DNA of 64,000 nucleotides from Longimicrobiales bacterium (GTDB lineage: Bacteria > Gemmatimonadota > Gemmatimonadetes > Longimicrobiales > Gaopeijiaceae), in contig OZ220732.1 of the NCBI GenBank assembly GCA_965116905.1, positions 1,760,001 through 1,824,000 of the forward strand, given 5' to 3'. The position numbers and the translations under genes are program-made. How positions within the stretch are numbered: the first letter of the stretch is position 1; every line of letters begins with the position of its first letter. This document shows, piece after piece, positions 1 through 9,881 of this stretch. The notes beneath the pieces are model-generated. The model was not told where the DNA came from and did not search any database. It was given only the letters and a program-made list of their open reading frames with translations.

Positions 1-2
1 AA

Positions 3-860
3 CCGATCCGCGTGACCCGGGTCAAGCGTCACGCGGTCATGCCGGGCTTCTTCGGCGCGCGGGGGCTGCGGTTTGTGGCCGGGAGCGGGTTCCGGGACTC
101 GGATGCAATGGCGCCGGGCGAAGTGGTGATCAACCAGGCGTATGCGCGCGCTCACTTCCGCGACCCGCCGGTGCTCGGAAGGATGCTCGCCCTCAACGGT
201 CCCGAGGAAGACTGGCATGTGGTCGTGGGCGTGGTGGCGGATGTCCCCAGCGTCGGCCTGGGCGCCTCGGGCTCGCCGTATTCGGTGTACTACTCGGCGC
301 TGGAGCATCCGCCCGAGAGAATGGAGCTGGTGGTGTCGGCCGCGAGCGGCGTGGGCGCCGACGCAGAGGATGCGGAGCGGATCGTGTCCCGGGCCCTTGC
401 CTCGATTCCCGGCGACCCCGTCCTGCTGAGCGGTTTCAGAAGCGCCGGCGACGAACGCGGGCGCGTATTCGGCACGGCCAGGTGGTTCGGTAGCGGCGGC
501 CGCATGGCGGGCGTGCTCGCCGCGCTCGTGGCCGTGTTGGGCATGGTGGGCGCCCTGCGCGTTCACGTCGGGGCCCGCCTGCGTGAGATGGGGATCCGTG
601 CGGCGCTGGGAGCGGGACCCGCCAGGCTCCGCCGCCACATTGTGGGCGAGGCGCTCAGGATCGGCGCGACCGGGACCGCGATGGGGCTGTGGGGGGCGAT
701 GCTTGTCGTCGGGGTGTTCGGCCCGCCGGGGGTCGAGCCGTTCAGCGCTCCCGTGTTCCTTGTGGTGGCGGCTCTGTTTCTGGCGGCGGCGTTGTGGACG
801 GTGCTGCCGGCTGCAAGGCTTGCGGCCACGGCCGACCCGCGCTCGGTCATGGAAGGCTGA
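3..860 (+). CDS. ABC transporter permease, MacB/FtsX (ADOP-like), C-terminal part; 5' end outside window
   Basis: VVINQAYARAHF periplasmic motif; REMGIRAALGA FtsX signature; C-terminal TM helices ending PAARLAATADP. Confidence 0.85.
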   Translation, partial: PIRVTRVKRHAVMPGFFGARGLRFVAGSGFRDSDAMAPGEVVINQAYARAHFRDPPVLGRMLALNGPEEDWHVVVGVVADVPSVGLGASGSPYSVYYSALEHPPERMELVVSAASGVGADAEDAERIVSRALASIPGDPVLLSGFRSAGDERGRVFGTARWFGSGGRMAGVLAALVAVLGMVGALRVHVGARLREMGIRAALGAGPARLRRHIVGEALRIGATGTAMGLWGAMLVVGVFGPPGVEPFSAPVFLVVAALFLAAALWTVLPAARLAATADPRSVMEG

Positions 861-1024
861 CCCGCCAGAACACCTTGCCGGCACCAGCCTTCCCGCGCCG
901 TGCGCCACACATTGCCGAGCCCCTGGGCGAGCCGTAGTCTAACGTCGAGCGCCCGTGCGCTGACCGGCCGTTGCGCGGCCCAGGCGCATCCCCATGGTCC
1001 TCTCGCCATCCTGGACTCGACGCC

Positions 1025-2728
1025 ATGAACCGGACTCAGCCCCTTGCCCTCATTCTCGTGACCCTCGCGGCCGCCTCCTGTGCCGAAGGCGACCCGCGTC
1101 CCGCGCAGGACGACCCGCCTTCCGCGCAGGAATTCGAGGTGCCCCCCGCGCCCGGCGCCTCCCACGCCGAGTTCGTCTCGTTCTTCTCGGCGTGGCGCGA
1201 CTTCGAGGAGCCGCCCATGCTGGACGGCGTGCCCGACTACTCCGCCGCGACGATGGCCGCGCAACACGTCGCGCTGGCGGGGTGGATGGAGGCGCTGGCG
1301 GCCTTCGAAACCACCGGCTGGAGCGTCGAGGAGCAGATCGACTGGCACATCGTGCGGGCCGAGATGAACGGACTCGACTTCGACCATCACGTCCGCCGGC
1401 CCTGGGCACGGGATCCTGCCTACTACGCCTCCGTCTTCGCCGCGCGCAGTGACGTGCCGGCGCACGAGGGGCCGGTCGTGCACGGCTTCATCGACCTGTG
1501 GACCTACGCATATCCGCTTTCCGACAGCGACGCCGAAGAGCTCTCCGGACGCATCGGGAGGATACCGGCGCTGTTGGACCAGGCGCGCGTCAACCTTGCC
1601 GACGCCGAGGCCGCCGACCTTTGGCAGGCCGGAGTCCGATCCTTCAACGGCCAGGTGAGGGACCTCGACGATCTCGCCGTGCAGGTGCGCGGCGCGCATC
1701 CGGCGCTCGATCAGGCGATCGCCGACGCACGCGAAGCCTCGCTGGCGTTCCGGGACTGGATCGAGGCCGAAGCCCCGAGCCGCACCGGGCCGTCGGGCGT
1801 GGGAAGCGACAACTACACGTGGCTCATGCAGAACGTCCACCTGGTGCCCTACTCCTGGGAGGAGCAGGAGACGCTCATGAGCCGGGAGCTGGCCCGCTCG
1901 CACGCCACCCTGCGCTTCGAGGAGAACCGCAATCGCGCCCTGCCTGAACAGGAACGGATCGGATCCGCACAGGAGTACGATCGGCGGCTGAACGAGTCGG
2001 TGGACCGCTACATGCAGTTCCTGGCCGACGAGGAGGTGCAGAGCGTCGCCCCCTACGCGGACTCCGCGCTGCGGGCGGTGAACGGCAGCTTCACCCCGGC
2101 CGAGCCCGGCCAGATCCGCAACTTCTTCTCCGAGGTCAACTACCGCGATCCGGACGCCTTCCGTCCCCACATGCACCACTGGATCGAGCTGGCACAGATG
2201 GATCTGGAGCCGCATTCGAGCCTGATCCGGGCCACGCCGTCGCTCTTCAACATCTATGACGCCCGGTCCGAGGGCCTGGCGACCGGGGTCGAGGAGTGGT
2301 TCATGCACCTGGGCCTGCTCGAGGGCTCGCCCCGATCGCGCGAGCTCACCTGGATCATGGTCGCCCAGCGGGCGGGCCGGGCGCTGAGCGGCCTGCGGCT
2401 GCACTCCGGCGACTACGACATGGAAGAGGCCGTGGCCCACTCCATGAAGTGGACGCCGCGGGGTTGGCTGCCGGACGGCGCGCTCGTCCGGGGTGAGCAG
2501 CACCTGTACCTGAGGCAGCCGGGGTACGGCACCAGCTACCTGAGCGGCAAGGCGCAGATCGAGGAGCTGGTCGCCGAGTACGCCCTGCAGGAGGGCGACG
2601 CCTTCACCGTCAAGGGGTTCTTCGACGAGTTCTACGCCGCCGGGGTCATTCCCACGGTCCTGGTGCACTGGCAGATGACCGGCCAGATGCATCCGATCCT
2701 TATGGAGGGGGCGCTGGGTATGGAGTGA
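1025..2728 (+). CDS. DUF885-family lipoprotein (metallopeptidase-like)
   Basis: Lipobox LAAASC; EGLATGVEE and QPGYGTSYLSGK motifs resembling the DUF885 C-terminus; start set at ATG 1025. Confidence 0.75.
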   Translation: MNRTQPLALILVTLAAASCAEGDPRPAQDDPPSAQEFEVPPAPGASHAEFVSFFSAWRDFEEPPMLDGVPDYSAATMAAQHVALAGWMEALAAFETTGWSVEEQIDWHIVRAEMNGLDFDHHVRRPWARDPAYYASVFAARSDVPAHEGPVVHGFIDLWTYAYPLSDSDAEELSGRIGRIPALLDQARVNLADAEAADLWQAGVRSFNGQVRDLDDLAVQVRGAHPALDQAIADAREASLAFRDWIEAEAPSRTGPSGVGSDNYTWLMQNVHLVPYSWEEQETLMSRELARSHATLRFEENRNRALPEQERIGSAQEYDRRLNESVDRYMQFLADEEVQSVAPYADSALRAVNGSFTPAEPGQIRNFFSEVNYRDPDAFRPHMHHWIELAQMDLEPHSSLIRATPSLFNIYDARSEGLATGVEEWFMHLGLLEGSPRSRELTWIMVAQRAGRALSGLRLHSGDYDMEEAVAHSMKWTPRGWLPDGALVRGEQHLYLRQPGYGTSYLSGKAQIEELVAEYALQEGDAFTVKGFFDEFYAAGVIPTVLVHWQMTGQMHPILMEGALGME

Positions 2729-2759
2729 GTCGCTTGCCGGGCGCCGGCCCGCGCTCGCG

Positions 2760-3329
2760 TCAACGAAGGCTGAACAGCGTCCCCTGAGCGCTTCCCGCTT
2801 CCAGTTCCAGCAACCGCCGCTTCCGATCCGATCCCCCGGCGTAGCCGCCCGTTTCCCCGGAGGCGCGGATGACGCGGTGACACGGCACGACGATCGCGAC
2901 CGGGTTGCTGCCGTTGGCCTGGCCCGCGGCACGCGAGGCGCCGGGTGACCCGGCCCGGTGCGCGAGTTCGTCGTACGTGATCGTCTCGCCGAAGGGCACC
3001 CGTTGCAATTGCCGCCAGACACGCTGCTGGAAGTCCGTCCCGGCAAGGGCGAGGGAGAGGTCGAAGTGCCGGCGCGCGCCGGCGAAGTACTCCGCCAGCT
3101 GGGTTTCGAGCGCCTTCAGGTGACGAGCGGCCGGTCCGTCGTGGCCAGCGGCCGCCCGGTCGTGACCAGCGGCCACCCGGTCGGGGCCAGCGGCCAGCCG
3201 GTCGTGACCGTCGCTCCCCCCGTCCTCGAACTCGAGAAGACAGACTCCCTCGTCCGTCGCGCCCGCCGTCATTGCGCCGAGCGGCGTGTCCAGGCGGACC
3301 ATCGACTGCGGTGTCGGCCGCCTAGCCAT
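2760..3329 (-). CDS. ogt: Methylated-DNA--protein-cysteine S-methyltransferase
   Basis: PCHRV active site, GTDFQQRVW, NPVAIVV; start overlaps the alkA stop. Confidence 0.93.
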   Translation of the reverse strand: MARRPTPQSMVRLDTPLGAMTAGATDEGVCLLEFEDGGSDGHDRLAAGPDRVAAGHDRAAAGHDGPAARHLKALETQLAEYFAGARRHFDLSLALAGTDFQQRVWRQLQRVPFGETITYDELAHRAGSPGASRAAGQANGSNPVAIVVPCHRVIRASGETGGYAGGSDRKRRLLELEAGSAQGTLFSLR

Positions 3330-3954
3330 CCTTCGCCTCATCGGAAAGCCGATAGAGGATCCACGTCGCCACCGAGCGCAGCGGCCGCCAGACCTCGGCG
3401 CGCTCCAGGACGGCCGCCGGACCGGGGCGCTCGTCCAGTCCGTCGAGGAGGCGCGCGCCCTCCCGGACACCCAGGTCCCCCACGGGCATCACGTCGAGGC
3501 GGCCGAGGCGGAACATCAGGAACATCTGCGCGGTCCATTCGCCGACGCCCCACACGGACGAGAGCATTTTCACGATCTCGTCGTCCGTCATCCTGGATAC
3601 GCTGCGCAACCGAACCGAGCCGTCCTTGCACCGGGCGGCCAGATCCTTGACGGCCCGGGTCTTCGGGGCCGAGAACCCGGCGCTGCGGAACGCCTCGTCG
3701 GACAGCTCGAGACACTCCTCGATGGTCGGGAAACGCGGACCGGGGGTCAGCGCGCAGACCCGCGAGTAGATCGTGTTCGCGGCTGCGGTGGCGAGTTGCT
3801 GGAATGCGATCGACCGGGCGATGGCCTGAAAGTGCGACCCGCGCGCGAGCACCCCCGTCGGGAAGCCGGGAAACGGCGGCAGGCGGCGCATGACCGCTCC
3901 GAGCACGGGGTCGCGGCGGGCGAGTTGGCGGAGTTCCTCGGCGGTCGGCTTCAT
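3322..3954 (-). CDS. alkA: DNA-3-methyladenine glycosylase II (HhH-GPD, AlkA family)
   Basis: GVGEWTAQMFLMF HhH motif, PVGDLGV, WRPLRSVA. Confidence 0.9.
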   Translation of the reverse strand: MKPTAEELRQLARRDPVLGAVMRRLPPFPGFPTGVLARGSHFQAIARSIAFQQLATAAANTIYSRVCALTPGPRFPTIEECLELSDEAFRSAGFSAPKTRAVKDLAARCKDGSVRLRSVSRMTDDEIVKMLSSVWGVGEWTAQMFLMFRLGRLDVMPVGDLGVREGARLLDGLDERPGPAAVLERAEVWRPLRSVATWILYRLSDEAKDG

Positions 3955-3969
3955 GTGGCGGTCAATGAC

Positions 3970-5166
3970 TCATGCGCCGATCAGCGTCGGAATGTCGACC
4001 AGCGGATCGACATCGGCGTCGTAGTCCACCCCGGGGACCTCGAACCCGAACAGCTGCAGGAACGCGGTGCGGTACCCGTCGAAGTCGGCATCGCGGGCGA
4101 GGGTCCGGGTCGAGATCGAGTCCCACACGCGCATGACCTCGGTCTGCGTCTTGGGCTTCATCTCCAGGTCGTCGAGACGGATGAAGCCGTCCGCGTCCGT
4201 CTGTAGTCCCCCCGGACCGTACACCTTCCCGCCGTAGAGGCGGTGCGCCTGCTCCATGGATCCCTCGTGATCGCCGTTCTCCTTCATGATCCTGTACAGG
4301 ATGGACACATACAGGGGCACGACCGGAATCGCCGCGCTCGCCTGCGTCACCACCGCCTTCATGACCGCGATGTGCGCGCTTCCGCCACCCGCGGACAGCC
4401 TGGCGTCGAGTTCACGCGCGGTCTGGTGCAGGTCGGCCTTGGCCTGGCCAATCGCCCCGTCGCGGTAGATGGGCCACGTCAGCTCGGGTCCGATGTAGCT
4501 GTACGCGAAGGTCCGGCAGTCCGGGGCGAGCACCCCGCCGTCCGCAAGCGCGTCCATCCAGAGCCGCCAGTCCTCGCCGCCCATCACCGCGACGGTCGCG
4601 TCCACCTCTTCCTGGCTCGCGGGAGCCAGCTCCACGTCCGTCACCTCGCGGCGGTCGGTGTTGAGCGTGCGCGAGCGGTAGGTCTCGCCGATGGGCTTCA
4701 GCACCGAGTTGGAACGTTCGCCCGTGTCGGGGTGTGTCCGCCGGGGAGCGGCGATCGAATTGACCACGCAGTCCACCGGAGGGAAGTCGCGTTTGAGCGC
4801 GGCGACCACGCGTTCCCTGGCCTCGTGCGAGAACGCGTCCCCGTTGTAGCAGGCGGACTTCAGCCCCGCGCGCGCCGCGGCCGCTTCGAAGGCGGCGGTG
4901 TTGTACCAGCCGGCGGTGCCCGGCCGCCGGCCCCTGGGCGCGCGGTCGAAGAAGACGCCGAAGGTCGCGGCTCCACCGCCGAACGCGAGGGCGATCCGCG
5001 ATCCCAGCCCGTAGCTCGTCGAGGATCCGAGAACGAGGACCGAACGCGGCGGGTTCGCGATGGGCCTTGCCCGGGCGTACGCGACCTGGTTCTCGACGTT
5101 GCGTTCGCAGCCGGTGGGGTGGGTGGTGACGCAGACAAAGCCGCGAACGCGTGGGCGTATGATCAT
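3970..5166 (-). CDS. fabV: Enoyl-ACP / trans-2-enoyl-CoA reductase FabV
   Basis: MIIRPRVRGFVCVTTHPTGC N-terminus; MGGEDW; YSYIG; YRDGAIGQAK (Y-x8-K region). Confidence 0.95.
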   Translation of the reverse strand: MIIRPRVRGFVCVTTHPTGCERNVENQVAYARARPIANPPRSVLVLGSSTSYGLGSRIALAFGGGAATFGVFFDRAPRGRRPGTAGWYNTAAFEAAAARAGLKSACYNGDAFSHEARERVVAALKRDFPPVDCVVNSIAAPRRTHPDTGERSNSVLKPIGETYRSRTLNTDRREVTDVELAPASQEEVDATVAVMGGEDWRLWMDALADGGVLAPDCRTFAYSYIGPELTWPIYRDGAIGQAKADLHQTARELDARLSAGGGSAHIAVMKAVVTQASAAIPVVPLYVSILYRIMKENGDHEGSMEQAHRLYGGKVYGPGGLQTDADGFIRLDDLEMKPKTQTEVMRVWDSISTRTLARDADFDGYRTAFLQLFGFEVPGVDYDADVDPLVDIPTLIGA

Positions 5167-5169
5167 GGC

Positions 5170-6600
5170 TCAGGATTCCGTAGTGGGTCGTTCGGTGCGT
5201 CCCCACCCGGTCAGGATCGCGACGACGATCACGGCGAGGAGCGCCCAGGAATAGGGGTTCGCCAGTCCCGCGGCGAGCGCGGTCACTCGGGGAACGCCGA
5301 AGGCGGCTCCGGAGCCGGTTGCGGACGACGCAAGGAGGGTGGGGATGAAGAACGGAAAAAGGAAGGGGTATGTGCACACGGTCATGTCGAGGAGGTTGGC
5401 GCGGCGGAAGCGGCCGATGCCCGCGCGCCGCCCGGACTTCCTGACGAGGTCGCCGACCGCGAGGATGGCCATGACCGAGTGGGTGGTCGCGATCACCGCC
5501 GCGCTGGTCACCCCGAAGATACGCAACTCGGTCCGGCGCGGGGACTCGGGCCCGGTACCGTCGTCACGCACCAGGCGGTCCAGGATCCCCGCCTCCTGCA
5601 CGGCGCCTACGATGCCCATCAGCAGGATGGTGAAGACGACGATCCCCACCGCGCTCTCCATTCCGTCCAGGATGAGGCCCTGGGCGCGGAAGGCGTCGGT
5701 GTCGATGTGGATGAGGTCGGCAAATGCGACCAGATCGGACACCAATGCGACAAGAGCGGCGGCCGCGACCCCCGCGAACAGGCTCTCGACCAGGCCGCGT
5801 CCCCGCCACAGCAACAGGAACGTGGCCAGCGGCGCGAGCAGCATGGGGAGGGCGGCGGGACTGCCGGTCAGGGTGCCGGTTTGACCGGGTCCGGCGGCCG
5901 CGCCGGGAGGGGTGTCGGCACCACCCAGCACGAGCAGGAGGAGGGCGGTGACGGCCGCCGCCGGGAGGGCGTAGCGGAGCCGGCTGCGCACGACGCCGCC
6001 CATGGGCGCGCGCTGGCTGCTCGCCGAGGCAATGGTCGTATCCGACACCGGCGAGACGTTGTCGCCGAAGGTGGCGCCCGCGAGGATCGCGCCGATGAGC
6101 AGCGTCGGCTGCGCTCCCAGGACGCCGGCAGCCGGGTAGAGAAGAGGCGCGCAGATGAGAATCGTGCCCAGGCTCGTGCCCGTGGCCGTCGAGAACAGGA
6201 CCGCGATGAGGAAGGCCAGCAGCACGAATCCGCCGCCGCGCACGCCCAGCTCCCCGCCCGCCCACACCAGGGCGTGGACCAGGCCCGACTCGCGCAGCAG
6301 GACCGAGAACACCCCCGCCAGCAGCCACGCCATCACCATCAGCATGACGATGGGGCGCGACATGCCGCGGATGACCGCCGCGCCGTAGTCGGAGGCGCGC
6401 CTGGCCAGCACCAGCCCGACCCCGATGGCTGCGAGGAGCACGGGCCAGAGTCCGCGTTCGTCGGGGGCGCCGGAAAACCCCAGCCAGGCTGCGCCGGCCA
6501 CGAAGACCAGGATAGGCAGGGCCGCGGCGGGCAGCCCGCCGTGGAAGCGGAGTGGGACGGTCGGTCGGGGGTCCGGTACGGGGTCGGTTTCGCGGTTCAA
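5170..6600 (-). CDS. Na+/H+ antiporter NhaC-family transporter (start uncertain; TTG 6600 assumed)
   Basis: STATGTSLGT and GATFGDNVSPVSDTT motifs; many TM segments. Confidence 0.82.
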   Translation of the reverse strand: MNRETDPVPDPRPTVPLRFHGGLPAAALPILVFVAGAAWLGFSGAPDERGLWPVLLAAIGVGLVLARRASDYGAAVIRGMSRPIVMLMVMAWLLAGVFSVLLRESGLVHALVWAGGELGVRGGGFVLLAFLIAVLFSTATGTSLGTILICAPLLYPAAGVLGAQPTLLIGAILAGATFGDNVSPVSDTTIASASSQRAPMGGVVRSRLRYALPAAAVTALLLLVLGGADTPPGAAAGPGQTGTLTGSPAALPMLLAPLATFLLLWRGRGLVESLFAGVAAAALVALVSDLVAFADLIHIDTDAFRAQGLILDGMESAVGIVVFTILLMGIVGAVQEAGILDRLVRDDGTGPESPRRTELRIFGVTSAAVIATTHSVMAILAVGDLVRKSGRRAGIGRFRRANLLDMTVCTYPFLFPFFIPTLLASSATGSGAAFGVPRVTALAAGLANPYSWALLAVIVVAILTGWGRTERPTTES

Positions 6601-6723
6601 GATGGCTGGAGCGGGTGGGGTCCGGTCTGCGATGCGCGGTTGTCGGCCTGATGGTGTATCATCGGGGGCGGCGCCCTGCAATCCCTTCGCCGGGACGCCG
6701 GCCGCGACACACAAGGCTAACGC

Positions 6724-7149
6724 ATGAACACACGAGGTGGAGACTTGGCCGATTCCCGCGAAACCGAACGCGACGCCTTCGAGCTGTACGACCTGCGGGT
6801 GGAGGTCGTCGGGGCCGAGAAGGACATGGTCTGCAATCACCGTCCAGGGGACTACTTCGAGCTTCGCGGCGAGAACCTGTCGCTCCCGCCGGGTCAGAGC
6901 TTCCCCATCTATCCCCTCGCGGCGCTGCTGCCCCTCCTGCCCGCCAAACAGCGCCCGACCCACGCGCACGACTGGATGACGACCGACATGGAAGTCGCGT
7001 GTCCGGATCCGCTGTGCGGCGCCCGCTTCCGCATCCTGCGCACCGGGATGTCAACCTTCCGTCACAGCGAGGTGACGCGGGTGCCGCTCGCGGGTGGCGC
7101 GGGTGACGCAGTTGACGCGGGTGACCGGGGTGACACGGAAGCTTCATGA
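6724..7149 (+). CDS. TIGR04076-like small Cys-containing protein
   Basis: YDLRVEV...CNHRPGDYF...LPLLPAKQR...ACPDPLC pattern; ATGA overlap with the downstream reductase. Confidence 0.7.
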   Translation: MNTRGGDLADSRETERDAFELYDLRVEVVGAEKDMVCNHRPGDYFELRGENLSLPPGQSFPIYPLAALLPLLPAKQRPTHAHDWMTTDMEVACPDPLCGARFRILRTGMSTFRHSEVTRVPLAGGAGDAVDAGDRGDTEAS

Positions 7150-8189
7150 CACCCGCCTGGATGCCACCGTCGTCGGGCCTGATCCACGGATGCTGGCAGC
7201 TCGCACGCGGCCACGGGGAAGGCTGGGATCGCAGGACCGCCTTCGCCGCCCTCGACCGCGCGGCCGAGGGGCCCGGTCCGCTCGTCCTCGATTGCGCCGA
7301 CATCTACACGGGCGTCGAGCGGCTGTTGGGGGACTGGATGGCGGCGCGGCCCGCGCACGCCCGCAGGACCGTGGTGCACACCAAGCTCGTGCCGGACCTG
7401 GAAGTCCTTTCCCTGCTCGACCGGGCCCATGTCCGGCGTATCGCGGAACGTTCCCGGGAGCGCCTCCGCGTTGGGACGCTCGACCTCGTCCAGCTCCACT
7501 GGTGGGATCTCGGCGTTCCGGGGTGGGTCCGCGCTGCCGAGTGGCTCGCCGAATTGCAGGACGAGGGCGTCGTGCGGCACGTCGGCGTCACCAACTTCGG
7601 CAGCCGGGCGCTGTGCGCGGTGCTGGACGCGGGCATCCCGGTGGTGGCCAACCAGGTCCAGTTGTCGCTGCTGGACCGGCGGCCCCTGAAGCGGCTCGCG
7701 CGGGTCTGCCGCGAGCGCGGCGTGTCCCTCCTCTGTTACGGGACGCTCGCGGGCGGCCTCCTCGGCGACGGGCCGGGCTGCCGAGGTCCGCATGCCCGGG
7801 ACGGCTCCGGCGCGCCGGAGCCCGCCGACAACCGTTCGTTGCGCAAATACCGGCTGATCGTGGACGAGGTGGGCGGCCAGCGGGCGCTGGCACGCGCCCG
7901 TGCGGAGCTGTCCGCGGTCGCGGCGCGTGCGGGCGTGTCCATGGCCGAAGCGGCAGCCGCCTATGTGCTCGGCCAGCCGGCCGTCGGCGCGGTCATCGTC
8001 GGTCTCAGCCGCCGCGGTCCGGAGTTGGACGTTGCCGGCGTGCGACTCGGTCCCGCCGATTTCGCCCGGCTCGAGGCGGCTGTTCCGAACACGGTCGCGG
8101 GCGGGGTGTACGAAGTCGAGCGCGACCGGACCGGGCCGCACGGACGGATCATGAAGTACGACCTCAACCGGGGTGTGCGGGGTGCCTGA
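7146..8189 (+). CDS. Aldo/keto reductase
   Basis: GCWQL, DCADIYTG (D..Y), HTK, LDLVQLHWW, GVTNF. Confidence 0.9.
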   Translation: MTPAWMPPSSGLIHGCWQLARGHGEGWDRRTAFAALDRAAEGPGPLVLDCADIYTGVERLLGDWMAARPAHARRTVVHTKLVPDLEVLSLLDRAHVRRIAERSRERLRVGTLDLVQLHWWDLGVPGWVRAAEWLAELQDEGVVRHVGVTNFGSRALCAVLDAGIPVVANQVQLSLLDRRPLKRLARVCRERGVSLLCYGTLAGGLLGDGPGCRGPHARDGSGAPEPADNRSLRKYRLIVDEVGGQRALARARAELSAVAARAGVSMAEAAAAYVLGQPAVGAVIVGLSRRGPELDVAGVRLGPADFARLEAAVPNTVAGGVYEVERDRTGPHGRIMKYDLNRGVRGA

Positions 8190-9093
8190 ACTGCCTGAGG
8201 TCAACCTCTACCTTCACGCCTTGCGTCCCAGGGTCGTGGGCGAGGCGATCGAGCGCTTGCGAATACGTTCGCCCTCACTCCTCAAGACCTGGGATCCGCC
8301 GGCCAGCGAGGTGCATGGCAAGGTCGTGCGCACACTGTCCAGGCTCGGGAAGCGGGTGGTTTTCGGCCTGGACGACGATCTCTTCGCCATTGTCCACCTG
8401 ATGGTCTCGGGACGCTTTCAGTGGCGGGATGCGGGGGCGGCGATCCCGCGCAAACGGGGTCACGCGGCGTTCGATTTCGGCCACGGCAGCCTGCTTCTGA
8501 CCGAGGCGAGTTCGCACAAGCGCGCGTCTCTTCACCTGGTACGGGGGACCGACGCGCTGCTGGATCACGATCCCGGCGGTGTCGAGCCGCTGGAGGCCGG
8601 GCCCGATGAATTTGCGGCCGCGGTCCGGCGTGAGAACCGCACGCTGAAGCGGGCGCTCACCGATGCGCGCATCCTCTCGGGGATCGGCCACGCGCACTCG
8701 GACGAGATCCTGCTGCGGGCGCGTCTTTCTCCGGTGCAATTGACGTCGCGGCTCACCGACGAAGAGGTGGAGCGGCTTCGTGTGGCGACCCGCACCTCGC
8801 TCACGGAGTGGTCGGAGCGGCTGATCGAGGAGGCGGGAGAGGACTTTCCGACCAGGGTGACCGCGTTTCATCCGGCGATGGCCGCGCACGGCAAGTACGG
8901 CGAACCGTGCGACCAGTGCGGGACCCCGATTCAGAGGATCGTCTACGCGACCCGCGAGACGAACTACTGCCCGACGTGCCAGACCGGGGGGAAACTGCTG
9001 GCGGATCGTGCCCTGTCGCGGCTGTTGCGACGGGACTGGCCGCGGAGGCTGGAGGACCTGGAGTTGCGCAGACGACCGCCGGGAGGGGGCTGA
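8182..9093 (+). CDS. Fpg/Nei-family DNA glycosylase/AP lyase
   Basis: PELPEV after GTG start; HLMVSG; H2TH-like SGIGHAHSDEIL; C-terminal CDQC...CPTCQ zinc finger. Confidence 0.92.
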   Translation: MPELPEVNLYLHALRPRVVGEAIERLRIRSPSLLKTWDPPASEVHGKVVRTLSRLGKRVVFGLDDDLFAIVHLMVSGRFQWRDAGAAIPRKRGHAAFDFGHGSLLLTEASSHKRASLHLVRGTDALLDHDPGGVEPLEAGPDEFAAAVRRENRTLKRALTDARILSGIGHAHSDEILLRARLSPVQLTSRLTDEEVERLRVATRTSLTEWSERLIEEAGEDFPTRVTAFHPAMAAHGKYGEPCDQCGTPIQRIVYATRETNYCPTCQTGGKLLADRALSRLLRRDWPRRLEDLELRRRPPGGG

Positions 9094-9100
9094 AGCGTTC

Positions 9101-9748
9101 CTAAGGCGTGGCCGCGGCCTTGTGAATGACCACGGGCGGGCGGGCAGGCTTGCAGATCCTCGTGCCGCCGCTGCCCAGCGGGACCCCGAGGCGCCTCCAC
9201 CAGCTCTCCTGGTTGTCGCCCTCCTCTTCGTCGTGATCGTGGCCGGCGTGGGCATCGACCGCGTCGATGGCGTCGAGGGCGCCCGGCACGCCGCGCTGTG
9301 CGACGAACTGCGGGCGCATGGTCAGCGCGACGCTCGACTCGAGTTCGAGCGCGGCGATGAGGTCCGCGGCAGAGGGCGCGGTCGCCGGAGGGGGCGACCC
9401 GGTTGCGATGCGGGCCGGTGCGCCCTGGGCGGGTCCCGCGGGGGTCGGATCGCCGGAGGGGGCATCCGCCACCTGGTCGGGCGCCGGATCGGCCACGACG
9501 GGCTGGTCGTCGGCAATCATCGGCTCGTCGGGCACCGGCTCGATCTCCTCGATGTTCACCATTTCCATTGAAATGAACTCAACGGGAGCGTCGGCCCTCG
9601 AGCTCTCGGGGGCCCCGGCCGTGGCCTCGGGCTCGGGCACCACGAAGTCGAGGCCCGCGAGCAGCACCGCGTGGAGGGCGAGCGAGACCACGAGGCCCAC
9701 GCCGACGATTCGCTTGTGCTGGCGGTCCCTTGCTCGACGTGTGGTCAC
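9101..9748 (-). CDS. Hypothetical membrane-anchored Pro-rich protein (TonB-like anchor)
   Basis: GTG start after a purine-rich RBS; VSLALHAVLL TM helix (S-x3-H, TonB-like); Pro/acidic linker. Confidence 0.55.
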   Translation of the reverse strand: MTTRRARDRQHKRIVGVGLVVSLALHAVLLAGLDFVVPEPEATAGAPESSRADAPVEFISMEMVNIEEIEPVPDEPMIADDQPVVADPAPDQVADAPSGDPTPAGPAQGAPARIATGSPPPATAPSAADLIAALELESSVALTMRPQFVAQRGVPGALDAIDAVDAHAGHDHDEEEGDNQESWWRRLGVPLGSGGTRICKPARPPVVIHKAAATP

Positions 9749-9881
9749 GGCTGCTCTCCCTTCCGTCTCTGGCGTGCGTTTCCGGCATGCGTACGGGGAA
9801 TGTACAGACGTGTATACATCTGGCGCCACTGGAAGTTCCCATGGCGGGCGGCCAAGGGCCGGATCAGAGGTGGAAGTTCCG

